A stretch of DNA of 8,131 bases from assembly GCA_051294375.1 (NCBI GenBank), contig CM119264.1:25040437-25048567 (forward strand), given 5' to 3'. This DNA comes from Paraspadella gotoi (Eukaryota; Animalia; Chaetognatha). Shown one piece after another: positions 6,938-8,131 of this stretch (positions are counted from its first letter, which is position 1; each line of letters opens with the position of its first letter). A model generated the notes under the pieces. It did not search any database and was not told the origin of the DNA. It worked only from the letters and a program-made list of their open reading frames with translations. The position numbers and the translations under genes were made by a program.

Positions 6938-7908
6938 CCGCGCAAAAATAACGACGATCATTACGAATTAAANNNNNNNNNNNNNNNNNNNNNNNNNNNN
7001 NNNNNNNNNNNNNNNNNNNNNNNNNNNNNNNNNNNNNNNNNNNNNNNNNNNNNNNNNNNNNNNNNNNNNNNNNNNNNNNNNAGAGTAATAATAACACGAT
7101 TTATTGATAATTTAGATGATGAACAACACCGTTAAATTGATTTACATTTCCACCCGGAAACGGCTCTTTTGTTTAAATTTTTTTCACTCTAAACTTTCGA
7201 AAGGAAAAATAGCTAAAAGGCACAAAGCCAGTCGGCACAAAATTGTAAATAACTTAACTATTGATAATATAAAGAAAAAAGTGATTCGGAGAAAGAGTTG
7301 AAGTGTCGAGTGAAGAAAATGAAAGGAATTAAAAAAAAATGTGAAGATTTAAAAAAAATAGTGCGATGTGAATGGTGTACTGTGAAAAAGGAAGGAGTCT
7401 TATTATTGACTTCTCAAACTCGCGCTCTTAACTTGAAGNNNNNNNNNNNNNNNNNNNNNNNNNNNNNNNNNNNNNNNNNNNNNNNNNNNNNNNNNNNNNN
7501 NNNNNNNNNNNNNNNNNNNNNNNNCTGACTAGTTTTTCGATCGACGTAAAGTCTTTTTCCACATCACATTCAGAGTTCCCAAACACTTTTCCTTCCTTGT
7601 ACCGAAGCATTCTCGGTGGTTACATGTATTTCTTATCAATTCTACTCCCTCTCTATCCGAGCTTCGCCTTTTTTTTCCAATTCGTCCATAAATTTTCCCA
7701 TAAATTCTTTTTTTTTTGCCTATAACTTTTTTTCCCATAAATTTTTTGCCAATCTCTTTCGCTCGCCGCTGATATTGACTTGTCCGTCTCCTTTCCTTCG
7801 ATATATAACGCTCCAGCGCCAGACGCCATTTTTACCCCAGATTCTTTACAGATTCTCTTTCACACCAACATATCACTCAATCAAATATAAGTTTTGGATA
7901 TAGATATA

Positions 7909-7980
7909 CAATGCGTTTATTCTAACTTAATAAAACTTANNNNNNNNNNCAATGCGTTTAATCTAACTTAGTAAAACTTA
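7909..7980. other. 31-bp direct duplication flanking a 10-N gap (probable unmerged contig overlap)
   Basis: CAATGCGTTTATTCTAACTTAATAAAACTTA (7909-7939) and CAATGCGTTTAATCTAACTTAGTAAAACTTA (7950-7980) differ at 2 positions and abut the gap exactly. Confidence 0.9.
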
Positions 7981-8131
7981 TTAAACCTTTTTTCTCTTAA
8001 ATATAATTTTCCCTGAAACCTAAATGCATGAACTGAAACATAATAAACCTAATTACCTTAAATCTAATTTCATTTATAATAAACCTTGTCTTTTCAAAAT
8101 ATTTCTCCAGTTTGAACTCTACTCAACTTAT

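Noticed and set aside
7298-7438. CxxC (CEWC) as an integrase or zinc-finger motif
   Set aside because: No upstream His pair or properly spaced second ligand pair; short Lys-rich frame derived from A-rich DNA.
625-7524. Idea that the N runs are masked exons
   Set aside because: Only 1080-1104 is flanked by AG and GT; the others are not, and the 10-N gap with duplicated flanks looks like scaffolding.
3524-7610. Long ORFs containing X runs (3524, 3537, 5368, 5417, 6211, 6256, 6302, 6348, 6888, 6911, 7298, 7428)
   Set aside because: Their length comes from reading through N gaps; the real residues are low-complexity K/F/R runs.

Overview
AT-rich eukaryotic (invertebrate-like) draft-scaffold DNA, broken by eight N gaps (625-795, 1080-1104, 3568-3976, 5440-5668, 6381-6681, 6973-7081, 7439-7524, 7940-7949). 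It shows no prokaryotic operon, CRISPR array, rRNA or complete recognisable gene. Most ORFs in the track are artefacts of N runs, microsatellites or GC-rich low-complexity DNA. What the sequence supports: (1) a probable spliced coding fragment on + at ~222-624 with an 84-nt GT-AG intron, and a possible further exon at 1047; (2) a cluster of degenerate repeats at ~1680-3400, including an element built like a non-autonomous Helentron (HINE/DINE-1-like), a ~170-bp direct repeat in two copies and a tRNA-like SINE head; (3) CpG-rich islands at ~4550-5190, 5670-6000 and 6680-6960, with a possible minus-strand spliced 5' leader; (4) several microsatellites and one gap-flanking duplication that is probably an assembly artefact. 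I found no well-supported novel biological system; the best leads are the repeat element and the unassigned exons.
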